Assembly: GCA_964247055.1 (NCBI GenBank)
Contig: OZ176051.1
Location: 12,834,001-12,898,000 of the forward strand
DNA: 64,000 nucleotides
Origin: Paragordius varius
Taxonomy: Eukaryota > Animalia > Nematomorpha
Reading direction: 5' to 3'
The position numbers and the translations under genes were made by a program. The notes under the pieces were generated by a model. That model saw only the letters and a program-made list of their open reading frames with translations, ran no database searches and had not been told where the DNA came from. Shown in pieces: positions 1-13,717 of the stretch. Each line of letters opens with the position of its first letter. Positions within the stretch are counted from its first letter, which is position 1.

Positions 1-1439
1 TCTGTTTTTAAGTTTTTACTTATTGTCTGTATAATTTCGATTTTTACGGTATTTAAATCAATTAAATTTTAATACAGTATAAAATAAGCATTTTTAAAAG
101 TTAAAATTCCTCATTCCTAATCTGCTCAAACAAATTTAAATTCAAGGCTAATTATCCGATAATGGCTCGTTTTTAAACAAGTTTAGAATAGAACATGTGC
201 TATTTTATTTAAGCGTGTCAACAGCTGTTTAAATATCGGCAATTGCATGATTAAAGAACTGATTCTTAATCAATACCTGCACATTACAGTGCTTATGCAT
301 GGTTCTAATTGTTGCTTATCAGAATTTTTAAGTTTAGTTCAAAGAAACTTGCCTCCATGGGACGTGTCCAAAAACTTAAAACTTTCGGAGAATCCGCATT
401 TGAATTTAATAAAAATATTTGTTTTTATATATAGCTTACGATATATTTTAGTGACGTTTTCTGGAAAAAAAAGCATTTATATTTCACAAAGAATTATATT
501 AAATGTGAAAAAACTTTGCTATTTTCTTATCTGGAGCAATAGAAAACTGTTTTCAACTTTCTTTATTACATTCGTAAGTCCAAAACCAAAAGTACCATGA
601 TAAACCTAATAATTCTTTTCTAAAATTTATATATTTCATAAGATGTGTTATAATATATATTGTGCGAAGTGTTATATCATACTTTATACTGTAGGACTGG
701 GGATAAACGCAAGAAACGTAGGGCCCCAAATTTGCACAAGAGATCGGATTATTGGATAAAGGGTTTATTCTTATTTTTTATTTTTCTTTCACACGGCTAT
801 AAAAATATCTTTTTTTTAGAGCCGGTAGAAAATGGTATTGGGTACTATCAATCTTGTCACAGCCCTGGACTCTCTGCCGCAATTTATCAAACTAAAAAAA
901 TTGACCGCGGTTACGAAAACATTTTGTCATTCTATGCAGCTGAATTAGAGGTTTTAAATATGCTCCATATTTACATTAGGTTTTGAAATTAGTTCTGATT
1001 TTCGATATTTTATTTAGATTTTGACAAAAACTCCCATGAAAATATATTGGCGCAAGAGAAAAGATCTATTACGGAGAAAAGAGTGAATCAATCTATAGAA
1101 ATATCATCTTATAAAATTTATTTAATTTAGATATTTTTTATCATTATTAGCTCATCTTTTAATTAAATATAGTTTAGCTTTTTTTTGCCAATGTGATTTT
1201 TTTTGGAAAAACTGGTTTTAATATCTATTAATAAATTGATAATTTTGATATGTTGTTGTAGTCAATTATCAATCAGTAGAGAATTTATAGGAAAATTCTT
1301 TCACTCGGTGTTTATGGGTTTCTTGATTTTTACTATGACATTTTGTAGATTAAATTTCGTCTATCCAACAAATACATCGTAGTCCTCTTGCTTAACATTA
1401 TATACGTTTTCAAATATCCTCTAATTATGTGTCAAAAAT

Positions 1440-2800
1440 AACTGATTGTTATTTTACCACAAAGCGTGTACGTTTATTTTGTTTACGATATTGTCTTAAC
1501 CTTGTCCTTCCATCTAGCCGTACCTGATAAGGAATATTAGGGATTTTATTTATCGGATTTCGGATTCTAAAAGTATATCATAAGATTTCCATAGTTTAAA
1601 ATGTGTGGTTAAATGCATTTGCTATAGGCCTTTTTATGTAGGAACTTAATTTGTTGATAATGTTTACCAGGAATGTGTACCTTAATCACTAATTTTTTTG
1701 TTATTAATCCGAAGCGAGATATATGTGTAATAAAAGTTGATGCATAATTTAATTTTGAGATTTCAATGTTAGATAGTATTTGCAGACATTTATAAAAGTT
1801 TAGAGCCTGTTTTCGAGGCTTGTTTGTATGTCGGCTTAGATTACCGTTTTCTTAACATAGTTAAGAGTCTTGAAAGTGTGAACCCCTACTTTTATTTCAG
1901 GCAGAATTATATCCCTACTGAAGAATTCCAGATAAATGTTGAACAATATGGGGGATACAATGCAGCCTAACGTAAACCTGTTTTCATTGGGCTCCAGGCG
2001 GTCTGGCTATGCTGGGTGCTAAGTCTTAGGAATGATTTCGCGTACATAGATTTGAATAGTTTGATTAAGTGATCGGAAACTCATTTCTTTAAAAGCATTC
2101 CAGAGAACGTCATGTTGAACGGTATTAAAGGCTTTAGAGAGGTCCACGAAGCATAGGTGTAGCTTATTTTGGAGTTTATTATTTTCCATTATCCATCTAA
2201 TGTTTGAGATCATGTTTCGGTATTCTCTTTTATCTCTGATGCCTGCCTGTGTCATTGAGACTTCCGGCTTGGTATAGGTTGCTGACGATTTTATATTAAT
2301 TTTAATCTCATGAGATTTGGTTAATTAATGGTATCATACGGTAGTTTTCACATAATTTGGGTCGCCCTTTTTATTATCCCTCACTGAAGATATTATAAGT
2401 TTTATAGGAATTTGCCGGTTGATGACTGCTAGGGCCCATTTGATTTCTTATTTTAGTATTGGTGGGTCTGTTTAATGTTCATAATGATTTTATTTGATTT
2501 TTTTGTGAACAGGTTTTGCTTTTCAAAATTGAATCTTTCTTATAGATTAAAATTTTCCATTTGGGTGACACACGGTTTTTACAATTGCTATTTGCGAGGA
2601 TAAATGTCTTAAATGAAAGAAGAATAGTTGTGGTTTAGTTTGGCAGCTTGCTTTAGCTTATTGCTGATTGTATTATAATTAGAATCTTTGTCGGATCTAA
2701 TGCTTTCTTGTAGTTTATTATTTATATTTTTGTCTGATCGATTAAGTCGAAGCTTTGTTGTGATATGGTGATTTTTTATTTATTAAACACCTATCGTACA
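1440..2800 (-). mobile_element. Degenerate non-LTR retrotransposon (RTE clade, BovB-like) reverse-transcriptase fragment
   Basis: Minus-strand ORF 2019-2255 reads QAGIR...ISNIRWIMEN...LHLCFVDLSKAFNTVQHDVLWNAFKEM, matching RTE/BovB QAGFR..IANIRWIMEK..FCFIDYAKAFD.V.H..LW..LKEM. LGCIVSPILFNIY lies at ~1935-1975 and a KKGDP-like motif at ~2350-2375. Many stops and frameshifts; ends approximate. Confidence 0.85.
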
Positions 2801-3337
2801 TATGGCGAAGACATAAAAATGTTAGTAGCTTAATGATAGTTTTAGAATGGAAAGAAGCGGTTGAATTCGAAAGGGTTCGATTGTTTGATTCCATAAAAAA
2901 GTTAATATATGGGCTCTATGGCTTTAACAGGGCCCAAGATTAAGAATCTTAAACTGCGTTAATTAATTTATCCGCCAAAAACCGACACACCTGAATATAT
3001 ATAAACCATGGCATTATTACAATCTATATAAATGTTCTATTATGTCATTGTTTTCGAAGCCAAAATATGGAACCGATGTTTTTAAATATTACTTTTTAAA
3101 TTATACATAATACAAAATAATGACATGTGAGGGACAAAAATAATGATTATGGGTGGCGAATCTGAAACGTATGTAGTCGACGTCTGCACGGTAATGTTAA
3201 TTATGTTTTCAAATATATTTCCAGTTATAATTTGCAATTGGCATATTTGAAATCAAATTAAATTTTCGTCTATGAAAATCTAAATTAGTACGATATCCCT
3301 AGATTTTTTTACAAATTGCATGCACTCATTTTATATT

Positions 3338-5297
3338 AATGTGACCAGATAGGCTGTTTTTCGCAGTACAGTACTGGATTTTCGAATAAAAACTGCAACT
3401 GTACTGCGCCCACTACTGCTTTTTGAAATCAAAAAAATCAACTACTAATGGCTATATATTAATTACCTTTTATTTATTCGGAAAAAATTATTAAATTTGA
3501 TATAGTACCCTCTGTATAAAAGTAAACCCATAAATTGTAAAAAAATGGTTTATTTTGCGGTAAACTAAGATTGGCCTATTTTTAATTGGTTAATATTTAA
3601 TTTTCTGCTTGAAATTGCAGCCTTTCGCGCAGTAGCGAAACTCTAAATCTCGGACTCCACACCGTAAGATTCAGGCTAATGGCTCTTTCACTCAAGGCTT
3701 CCGCAAAAAGAAGTGCTTCAAATTTAAAATTAACAAAATTAATTTATGATATTTTAAAAATGTTTGATCAAGTTTAGAAATTTCATTTTTTGTTATAGTT
3801 ATCAAACGGAAAATTATATAGAAATTGTTATTTCCGTAACATATGATATAAAATGTATTATATATGGCATATAATTTCGAAATATTCTTTTTTTTGTAAA
3901 AATGAGAGTTTTAACTTTTCCATACTTATTCGGAATAGGGTTGTGCATTTGACTGCTTTTTCAAAAAAGTCCGGTCAGACCCAGTCAGACCATGGTAATG
4001 ACTTTACTTAATTAAGTATCATGCGATATTATATATTCAAAATGTGTTGGAATTACACTTGCGTTTCACTAATAATGTCATGTTTTTTTTAAAGTTTGTA
4101 TTATACATTCTTTTGATATTTATTATTTACATATATTTTCAATCGAATTTGAAGAAATTTTCTTCAAATAAATTTTGCACATGTTGGTGGTTTTCTGAAT
4201 TTTCAAATACATCACTACTGAATAATTCAAATTTTACCTAGTTTGTTTAACACTTTCCTTCATTATTAAAATATCCAATTATATAATGTTTTTCATTTTT
4301 GGTTCACATATATGAAATAAATGCATATTTTGCAAAGTGCTATATTGTTTTGGTTTTCGAAATAACTGGATATGCTCAAATACTTATGCCATAGGCATGG
4401 TTAACAATTTTTAATATTGCTAATAAGCATATTTAAATATTCATTTTTTATTTTTTAAAATATATTAAAAAAACAAAAAAATCTTACTATCTCTCTTCCG
4501 AAAAAAATTTACTAGCATTTTTTAAAAAACAGCTGTTATTTTAATGATTATGGTCAAAAAATAAATAGTCACGGACCTGGTCGTGACCCGGAACCCAACC
4601 CTAGGTGGGAGGTATAATATTCTTAATTTTTTACTAGATAATTCTCATTAGTGTCTTATTTTTTCATAAACTAATTTGATATATTTTGTTGAAGCGTACC
4701 TTAAACTATTTTGTAGCATGCTCGAAACGGTATACCTAAGATATAATAAAACCCCTTTTCTAAATATTATGATGTTGAACATTATTTTAATTCGTTTGTT
4801 TACTTGGAAATTTTGGTATAAATTTGAAATTGAACGAATATTTTAAACAAATTCTGATTGAAATATTAGCATTAGCGAATTATATATATAAAATGTCATA
4901 AATCTCAACCGTTTAAATCGTTTCCATCATGCTCAAAATAGTATGAAGTATGCTTCAAAAAAATCTTATTAAAAATAATTGAAAGTATGCATTTTTTAAA
5001 AAAAAAATTATTGGATATCATAATTTAGCATATAATTAAAATTAGTGCACAATGTCGGAATTTCACGTTTATTTTAATAGATCTGTCGATTTTAAAAAAA
5101 ATTAAAAAAGTTGGGACTTTCAGAGCCCAATCTAAAAAATTAAACCAAAAGCCCTATGATAATCCTAAGATATTCCTATCAGAATATTATATATTTCATT
5201 TGAATATTTTTTTAACTGTAATTTACCAAACAATGGTGTCAACAGGCAAGGTATGTAATTTTGTACTGCGTCAAAGTACAAAATATCTGGTCACATT
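3338..5297. repeat. Element bounded by short inverted repeats (possible decayed TIR transposon), hosting a MITE
   Basis: AATGTGACCAGATA (3338-3351) is the exact reverse complement of TATCTGGTCACATT (5284-5297), and both ends carry an adjacent CGCAGTACA/TGTACTGCG motif. A small hairpin CGCAGTACAGT...ACTGTACTGCG lies at 3362-3408. Confidence 0.35.
3936..4603. mobile_element. Non-autonomous TIR element (MITE, hAT-like TAGGG termini), copy 1
   Basis: Starts TAGGGTTGTGC and ends CAACCCTA, with subterminal GGTCA/TGACC repeats. Collinear homolog at 11226-11923. No clear TSD. Confidence 0.75.
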
Positions 5298-7168
5298 ATT
5301 TTATATTCACCACACGGTTTGTTTAATTATATTAAGACAATTTTTGTAAATTAATTTTTACTTTTAAAAAAATTTTACTAATTGAAAAATTCTGGTAGGG
5401 GTCACACGAGTGATGAGCATTTTATTACGATTCAAAAAGACTAGATGTTGTTTATAGGATCCTGCCTTCTCTTAAGTTTTATAAAAATATGGTGTTTTCA
5501 AAGAGCTCGCGGTTTCACGAGACAAATATTATAATGGTTTTTATGCTAATACACAACGTTTTCAAAATATTACATAACAATTCCTTGATTTCTAATTATT
5601 CATTTATTATAAAATATTTTTATTCCAAATAAAAATGCAAATTTAGAAACTAAGGCACACAATACAATGCAAATTAACAACAGCAGTAAAAAATATCTGG
5701 CGTAAATTTAATTATAAATAAAAAAGGGAAGTTTTGCATATGCAATGAATGTATTGATCAAATCAACAGACTATCAGTTTAATGTTTGTTGCAAAATAGC
5801 ATGCCAACTAAAATTAAAAACCTAAACTTAAAATAACTGAGCTGATCAACAACGTTAGCTATATTAGATTGTAATTTCTATTACAGGTGTATGTGATTAT
5901 TTTGTAAAAGTTTTTACCATACCTTGAAATATATTGGTCAATTTCATATAAAAATTATTTATTAAATCAGCAAAAACAAAATTTCCCGTAAACCTAGTCG
6001 TTCGTAATAGTGAATATTTTATGTTTTATATTATAATTTTACAACGTATGTCCTTATTAAAGGTATAAAAAATTTAGAATTTAGAATCTTTGTATGGATA
6101 TAAAATCTTTTGAAAAAACTGTTAAAAAGATATACTAAATATTCCTTTGATAATATTCCCATGGGTACAACAATCTAAAAATGTTTTTAATGCACACACT
6201 AAAATATGTAAATTTGAAATTATGTTAATTTCATTTTTTCCGACATTAGACGTTAGTTTAGTTTAGGAATATAGGTCAAAAACCTTAAAATGTCTGAAAA
6301 AGTATTGTATGTATGTCGCAAAACAAATTTTATATTTCATAATTATCTTTTCATGATAACGCTTACTTTTTATAAAAATACGCGGTGATATTATCAGAGA
6401 TTATCGTATTAATCCTCCCCGCACATCCTTTATCAATTTTATATTATATGTTGATTCGTTTATTATATAAATAACTAAATAGTTTTTGCATTTTATTGTT
6501 TTGGTTAACATGAGTAGGTTCAAATATAAATCCAAAATTTTCCTATTTTATCAGGTCCTTTTTTACCGTTTATGCCAAAAAATTTAATGATTCATAAAAT
6601 TGAACCATAGTAACGACGATTTAATTAAAACATAAAAGTTTTCTAGCGGTAAAATTTTTGAAATATTTTAAAAATTCATCTAGATTCAAATTATATCAAA
6701 AACAATTATTCGGTCTACTTCGTAAAAAAATGCATGAAACTCAACTTTTGTAACCATAGACAAAACTTCTCGAATCAAACCTAACATTTTTAATCACAAA
6801 TCAATATTCAATATAAATCAATTTTTTACTAAACACAGAACATTTACAGTACAAATTGAAATACGGATAAAATGTAAAAATATAAAGACATTTTTTCTCA
6901 AAAGACTACTATTTTTTTTTAACCATAATTCCTTTAAAAAAGATTTAATTACAATCCCAAAATACAAATTAATTGTGTTACCAATTACATCTCTATATTA
7001 TACTTTAAATACAACAATGAGTTAGGTTTAATAAATCAAGATTAAAAATTATTGTTGTCTTTTTGAAAAAAATATTTGTCTTTATATTTTCAAGTTTTGA
7101 CCGTTTTTAATTTTTACCGTATTTTTAATTAATTGCTATTTAAAATATTATTTTATTACTATATATAT

Positions 7169-7406
7169 CAGGGGTGGCCAACCGATACTTTATGTGGGGC
7201 CCGAAAAAATCGGATCCATAAATTATATAAAAGAGTTCACAAAATCTAAATAAAATATATATGTCCTAAACAATTATTCTAAATCTAATTGGCAAGAACT
7301 GGAAAAAATGCTATTCCAATTTTGTGGTTAAAATCTAATAAATTTCTCATTGGTCAGATATATTAGGAATGCCGCCCGCGAAACCATTTGTGCTTAACAC
7401 CCCCTG
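7169..7406. mobile_element. hAT-type MITE (CAGGGGTG termini)
   Basis: Begins CAGGGGTGGCCAAC and ends AACACCCCCTG, with GC-rich subterminal GGCCCG/GCCCGC motifs typical of Charlie/hAT MITEs. Related termini at ~17610, 31025, 46044 and ~63360. Confidence 0.65.
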
Positions 7407-8050
7407 ATATAGCGTTTCATTTCATATATGTGTAGTTCCTTATCTAATTATTAAATAGTTATTATTATTATTACTATAGTTTCCGCAATTTTAAATCAGT
7501 CTGAACCAAATCAACATTGATCAAATTATATCATTGATAAAAAAATCCAAGATTTAAATTTCAACATTGAAAAAACAGAATTAATGTACAAATAAACTTA
7601 ATATATTGCTGAAAAGAAACAAAATCTTTTTTAAATTATTACTTACTATAATTTTTTTCCAATCATCATTTTGTATGGTTTATACAATTTTAGGGAAATT
7701 GGTTTAGTAAAATAATTCACCCCTGATATAGCGTTTCATTTCATTTATGTGTAGTTTCTTATCTAATTATTAATTGGTTATTATTATCATACTTTCCGCA
7801 TTTTTAAATCAGTCAACGCTTTTTTTATCAGAATTAACATTAGTGGAATTATGTCAATGATAAAATAATTCACGAATTAAATTTAAACATTGAAAAAACA
7901 GAAGTATTATACAAATAAACTTAAAAATTTGGAGTTTTTTGCTATAAAGTAACAAAAGCTTTTTTTAAATATTATTACTCACTCCAATTTTTTTCCAATC
8001 ATCATTTTTTGTATTGTTTATACATTTTAGGGGAATTGTTTCAGCATATT
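7398..8050 (+). repeat. Local tandem duplication, two ~320-bp units
   Basis: CCCCTGATATAGCGTTTCATTTCAT...GTGTAGTT.CTTATCTAATTATTAA occurs at ~7401 and again at ~7720, and the downstream sequences stay collinear (ccaatcatcatttt.tgta..g.tta). Confidence 0.85.
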
Positions 8051-9949
8051 AATTAAAATTTATTCGGTACGTCATTTTTAATATTAAAATTTGGATAGTT
8101 GTTGTTAAATTGGATATGAGCTGTAGTACAAAAAGTCAATTTTAATCAATCATTACAGTTTAAGTTTTTTTGGACGTAATATTACGGTTTGTATTTGTTC
8201 ATTGATGTAACATGTCCTTTAATTGACAATTTTGTGTTAACTTAACTTTTTAAAATTAAATGTTATTATTATTAATCCAGTTGTGGTGCCGACGCGTTTA
8301 AATGCCTGTTAAACACAAAGATTTCAAATTTTTAGCACTTTATCAAGGGAATCATTTTAAATAGGAATTTGAAATCGAATTGGTGGTAAAGCAATTATAT
8401 TGCCATCAAAAATTAAATTGAAAATTTAGGTTTTAAAGTGTGGATGGCGCTTTGATAAAAATAATTTAATTATTTGGTTGATGAGCTTCTAAAATTAATT
8501 TCGAACTATTGATTTAGTAAATAATACTAGTCGACAAATTTGCCACCACTGAAGCTTTTAAATTTTGAATAATTGCAGTGTTCCAAAACCGAATCTGAAA
8601 ATTTTGCCCCAATCAAAATTCAGAGTTACAGGTTTTTAATTTTTTAAAAATAGAGAAAATCGACAGAAAATCAAATAACACATTTATATAAAAAGTTATT
8701 AAATATCAGGAAGAGAAAAATAGTACTGGTATAAACGTTGAAATTTAGTTTTATATAAACTTTAAGAAGCATTTTATGGTTTAAACCTTCGGCTTTAGAT
8801 AGGCTATATTTATTTTACAATTGGTATTTTTAATACTTATTAGCTCTTCAGTTGATTCTTACAAAATCTTGTTATTTATACCTAATGGATATTATTTATT
8901 TTGAAATAATTGGATACGGAATAATTTAAGGTGGATGTTCAGCAGCCACTTTTATAACCAGGATCATGGATATGCTACCATAATGAACTACAATATGACC
9001 ACTCAAACTTATCTAATCTTCTTATCAGATTTAATGGTCAAATTTGCCTAATTTTTTCTGTGAAATGGTTAATTTGACATGTCGATTTCTCTGCGGGCTC
9101 TATGATCACCTCATTGTATACCTTTGCCATATCTGGCATAATTATAGGAGGGTTTAGGGGTTGTTATTTTGAGCTTGTGCCAGCCGCCCGGTTCTATCAG
9201 ACCCTACATTAGCCCTTTTATATATTTAATATTTTTGTTTTGTAATACTAGGGCTTCTAGCTTTTAATTTATTTTAATTATGTATAAAGTTTCGTATCCT
9301 CTTTTATTTTATACCTTAAATTTTAATTAATATATTCAATAAATTGAATATTTATTTATTGTGTATTGTCTTTTTCTATGTCGTGTAACAGTCTCGCCCG
9401 ATAAGACGTATGTCTCGTGCAAAAGTGATAACAAACCTTCGGCAGCGATTTTGAGCAGTTTATATTTTTAATATAAAGTTCGACGGCATCTATATAAAGT
9501 TTTATTATATGGATCTTCATTAACATTTTCTGTAGAATCTTCGTTAATAATAAAATCTTCTGTGATATCCTATACTGTGGCTGGTATATTTGGATCATTT
9601 TTGCATTTTCATTTTAAAATTATAATCAAAATCTTCCACTTGTATAGATTGGGTCGTTTTATATTCAAATGTGCACGAGGAATAATTTTTTTAATTAAAC
9701 AAAATAGGCCTCAAAGTTTTTTGTTTTTCGAGGGGTTCTACCCATTAGGCAGCAGAAAATGCAAAAAACGGGTGGTGCAAAACTTATTGAGCAGTGTAAT
9801 TAATGCATAAGATTCCTGTCCGCCCGCTCGATGTTGTTAGCCGGAAAAGACAGCGGCGTTGACTCTTACATCTATACCAGGGGTCTGAAACGCACCCATT
9901 TTAACCCTTTCCAAATAATTATCACTCAAAACTGAAATTTAGGTCAGAA

Positions 9950-10975
9950 ACAGATTTGTAAAAAGCCTAATTTTGCACAAATTCCTTATTAATATTCTAT
10001 TTTTATGAAAGGGTCAATTAAAGATGTATCCATTTTATTATTAATTTGCTCCTGTATATTCATATTTTTGCACATAAACATGTGGGTGCCAACTTGAAAA
10101 CTGGGCGCTTTATTAATAATTTATTAGTAAAAGTTCGACGCAGAAATTAAGTTTTATAACTCACAAGTTAATCTCGTGCAAAAATTTATTAAATTTTTTT
10201 TTTACTTTATGGAATTGACGAATTAAAGTTTAATTGTCATTTTTTACAAAGGATAAACTAGCAAAATTACTATCTAAAAATAATTGAATACTTTATCTCA
10301 TTGAATCAATGCGCCCATGAGTTTTTATTATTATAAAAAATATTTTTTGACACAATTTTAGATAATAACATAAAATAAAATATTTTAAAATGGTTTAAAG
10401 ATGCTGTACATTTTTATCAGTTCAAAATATTTATTTGAAGGTTTGTTGGCTTCAAATCTGAGCATTATAAGGAAAATTCATAATCATTATAATTTGAGAC
10501 AAAATAAAATAAATTAAGACCAGATAATTAAAAATAATAAAAAAAATATTTTTTTAATGATATATAAGTTTTTTTTAATGTATAAAATATAAAATTAATA
10601 AATTTTTAATAGTGAGTTTAGATAATAAATAATTTATAAAAATATTTTAATATAGTTTTTTAAAAAAAATTGCTCTTAAGTATGTTAAAGTAACACGATT
10701 ATTTGGTCTAAGTTTTGATAAAAACCCTAACTATATGATTTTAGGTTATTTGTATCTGATATAATGATAACAAATCTTAGCTTCTCAAGTTTTATCATTA
10801 CTTTTTTATCCAATTATCCTTAACTTCTCTTTTTGCCCAATTTTTTTATCTCATAATTTCAAAAACATGATTTCAAAAACTAGGTCGTCAAATAAAAATA
10901 TTTGCGGCAAATGATTCCATGGTTATATATCTCATGAAATTTTTTTGCTAAAAATTTTTTTGAACAGTATAATAT
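9950..10975. repeat. Diverged partial copy of the foldback element found at 62082-63088
   Basis: 10600-10960 aligns by eye with 62700-63080 (ttttaatagtgagtttag.taataaataat; aaaccct.actat; ttatccttaa; taggtcgtcaa..aataaaaa; ggcaaatga.tcc.tgg). GAAACAGATTTGT is shared at ~9950 and ~62500. Confidence 0.6.
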
Positions 10976-11225
10976 AAATACTGTGAAAATTGGGGGAGAG
11001 GGGTATAAAAAAATTTATATGCGATGCATCAGGATCTTATGGTTTTTGTTACAAGTGATTTATAAATTTGCCAGTTTCATCTTAATTGTTCCATATCAAA
11101 ATGGTAGCAACAGTGCTCGTAAAATTTTAAATTTGCCTCTTTTAAAATGGGCTAGTTCTCACATAAATGCAAAAATGCCACTGTGCGATATTAAAAATGC
11201 TATATCATCACATCAATATTATTAT

Positions 11226-11923
11226 TAGGGTTGTGCATTTGACTGCTTTTTCAAAAAAGTCCGGTCAGACCCAGTCAGATTATGGTCATGACCGTGGTCA
11301 TGACCACTTTTTACCTAAGTAAATATCATGCGAAATTGATTGTATGAATAATGTTCGAACGACACTTGCGTTTTACAAATAATGTCTTGTTTTTTCTCAA
11401 AAGTTGGTATTATTTATTTTTTTGTTATTGTTTACAAATATTTATCAATTTTAATCAAGAATTTTGTTAAATAAATTTTGCCATTTGTTTGTGGCTTTCT
11501 GAATCTTCAACAATTTTTAAAATAAAATTTTACCTAGTTTGTTTTACACTGTCTTTCATCATTGAGATATCCAATTACAAAATGTTTATTCATTTTATTG
11601 GTTCACATATATGGAATAAGTGCATATTTTGAAAAGTGATTGATTGTTTTGTTTTTCGAAATAACTGGATATGCTTACTAATGTTATAAGGATGCATGTT
11701 TAACAATTTTATATTGTTAAATATTATGCATATTTAAATATTTAATATTTATTTTTTAAAAAAATATAAAAAACAATAAAATATTACTATCTCTCTTGCA
11801 GAAAATGCAATTTTTCAAAAAACATATGTTTCTTTAAACGACCATGGTCATAAAATAAATAGTCATTGACCTGGTCATGACCCGGTCAATTGACCGGGTC
11901 ATGACTTGTTCAGCACAACCCTA
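11226..11923. mobile_element. Non-autonomous TIR element (MITE, hAT-like TAGGG termini), copy 2
   Basis: Perfect 11-bp TIR TAGGGTTGTGC...GCACAACCCTA with subterminal GGTCATGACC/TGACCGGGTCA repeats; homologous to 3936-4603. Confidence 0.8.
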
Positions 11924-12269
11924 GATAAAATGCATATCTTGGTTAAAAATTTTTAATGGCAAAAGTTTGTGTAAGCGTATTTTATGGTTGGGGGCACGAT
12001 ATATAAACCTTTTAACGTATCATAAAACCACTTTTTCCGTATAATTCAATGAAGAAATTTCTATCATCTCAAATTTTGAATAAAAAATTGTTATGTTTCC
12101 AGATTTTAGCATCTTCACAATAAATAAATCTATATTTCCAAAACTATAAAATCAGCTTACACAAAATTTTCTGAAAATAAATTTTGCATATATTTTTCGA
12201 AAATAATTTTTTTGATGCTAAAATCTAGCATAGCTATCCTATGCTAGATAGCATCCCGCAAATAATTAT

Positions 12270-12740
12270 AACAAAATTCGGGCATTCCATGATGTCAGCT
12301 TAAAAACGAAAATTCGACTTATCAATGCAATCGTTTTTCCAACTTTCCTCTACGGGTATGATGGTTGGACTTCAAAAAAATCGACACACGGATAATTAAC
12401 CCTTGATATGGAGAAAACTCTTGCAAATAAAATGGAAGGATAAAATAATTAACAATGCAATTTTTAATAAAATCAATCCCGACATGTCATTGCTTGGAAT
12501 GTCCATCCGCACCAAACTATCCTACTTTGGCCACATTATGAGTTCTAAATTATTGGAAAAATCCTTGATGTTGGGTAGTGATACAAGTAAAAGGGCCGAA
12601 GAAGGAAGGTGGATGGACAATATTCAACAAGTAACCCACGCAACCTTGGCAGAACTCAACCTTAAAACTAAAAACACAATTTATGGAGAGATTTCATATT
12701 TACAATATTGCAAAAAGTCGACCTCGACTGAAGCGATACA
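12270..12740 (+). mobile_element. RTE (BovB-like) LINE 3' coding fragment
   Basis: LKTKIRLINAIVFPTFLYG then WRKLLQIKWKDKIINNAIFNKINPDMSLLGMSIRTKLSYFGHIMSSKLLEKSLMLG...RWMDNI...LAEL, matching the RTE C-terminal pattern (FP...YG.E.W, WRRLL..PW, LKLQYFGH.MR...LEK.LMLG, RW.D.I). Confidence 0.85.
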
Positions 12741-13674
12741 CACAAACAAAATATAGCATATATTAAAATTTTATCATGCATCTCAGCATGATAAAATACT
12801 TTTCGGAGCGCACATCTAAAATTAAAATTATATTGATTTTCAAAAATATTAGTATATCTTTTTCAAAAAAATAGCCTGATGTGTGCAAATTTTGCCATTG
12901 AGGCTTTACACAAAAGTAATAAAAACTCTTATGAGGCCCTAAATCAGCCATCAGAATCCTGATGCATTTTTTATCAAATAGAAATTTCATCGAATTTTTA
13001 CTGTTTATATACCGTGTGCCAAATTTAGGGTAAAATCTAGTTCTCCTAGTCATTTCTTAAATAATTTTTTAAAGCTTAAAATTGATGATCGCTTTGCATA
13101 TAAGGAAAACATATCACAACTGATTATAGCAGTCAGTTTTTTAGTTTTTTGTATTCACTTATATATAATTCACACTATTTGTACATAAAAAAACACACAA
13201 TTTATAGGTATGAGTTTCGATAAGCTTAAGTATTGAGTGTCTAAAATGTAATCAGAATTTTAAAAATACTAGAAGGTTTAATTCTGTATTGTAATTCTGT
13301 ATTATCAATATATGGTGGTTCTAAAAGGAGACACAATCTAAAATATTAGTTCAAAAACATTTTTCACACTTTTAGCTATCATATAAACATGTGATTAACC
13401 GGTTGGATAGCCTAAATGAATAAACAAAAAATATGCATTTTTATCTAATAACATTGCATAAGTTTATTATATATTATGAATCTTATTTTTACACTATTAA
13501 TATTTAGAATTTTATTATAATTATTTTAAAATTAGTCCTCCATTTCAGGCAGGAGAATGGGTATTTAAGTTTAAAACAAAGATCAATGACTGTAAATATT
13601 AAATTTTTATAAATCCCCATTTTTAATTTTTAGGCCATATAATTTATATATTATTTCAAAAGTTATAAACGATT

Positions 13675-13677
<3 letters not shown>

Positions 13678-13714
<37 letters not shown>
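13678..13714. repeat. (TA)n microsatellite
   Basis: Uninterrupted TA run of about 18 units. Confidence 0.95.

Positions 13715-13717
<3 letters not shown>

Noticed and set aside
247-986. ORFs 247-600 and 660-986
   Set aside because: Low-complexity I/F/K/L-rich translations expected by chance in AT-rich DNA; no motif, no paralog, no convincing splice context.
8940-9900. Possible piggyBac transposase remnant (KVCYHFC..HTSY; MPDMAKVYNE)
   Set aside because: The motif matches are weak, their order on the minus strand is inconsistent with piggyBac domain order, and no TTAA/CCC termini were found.
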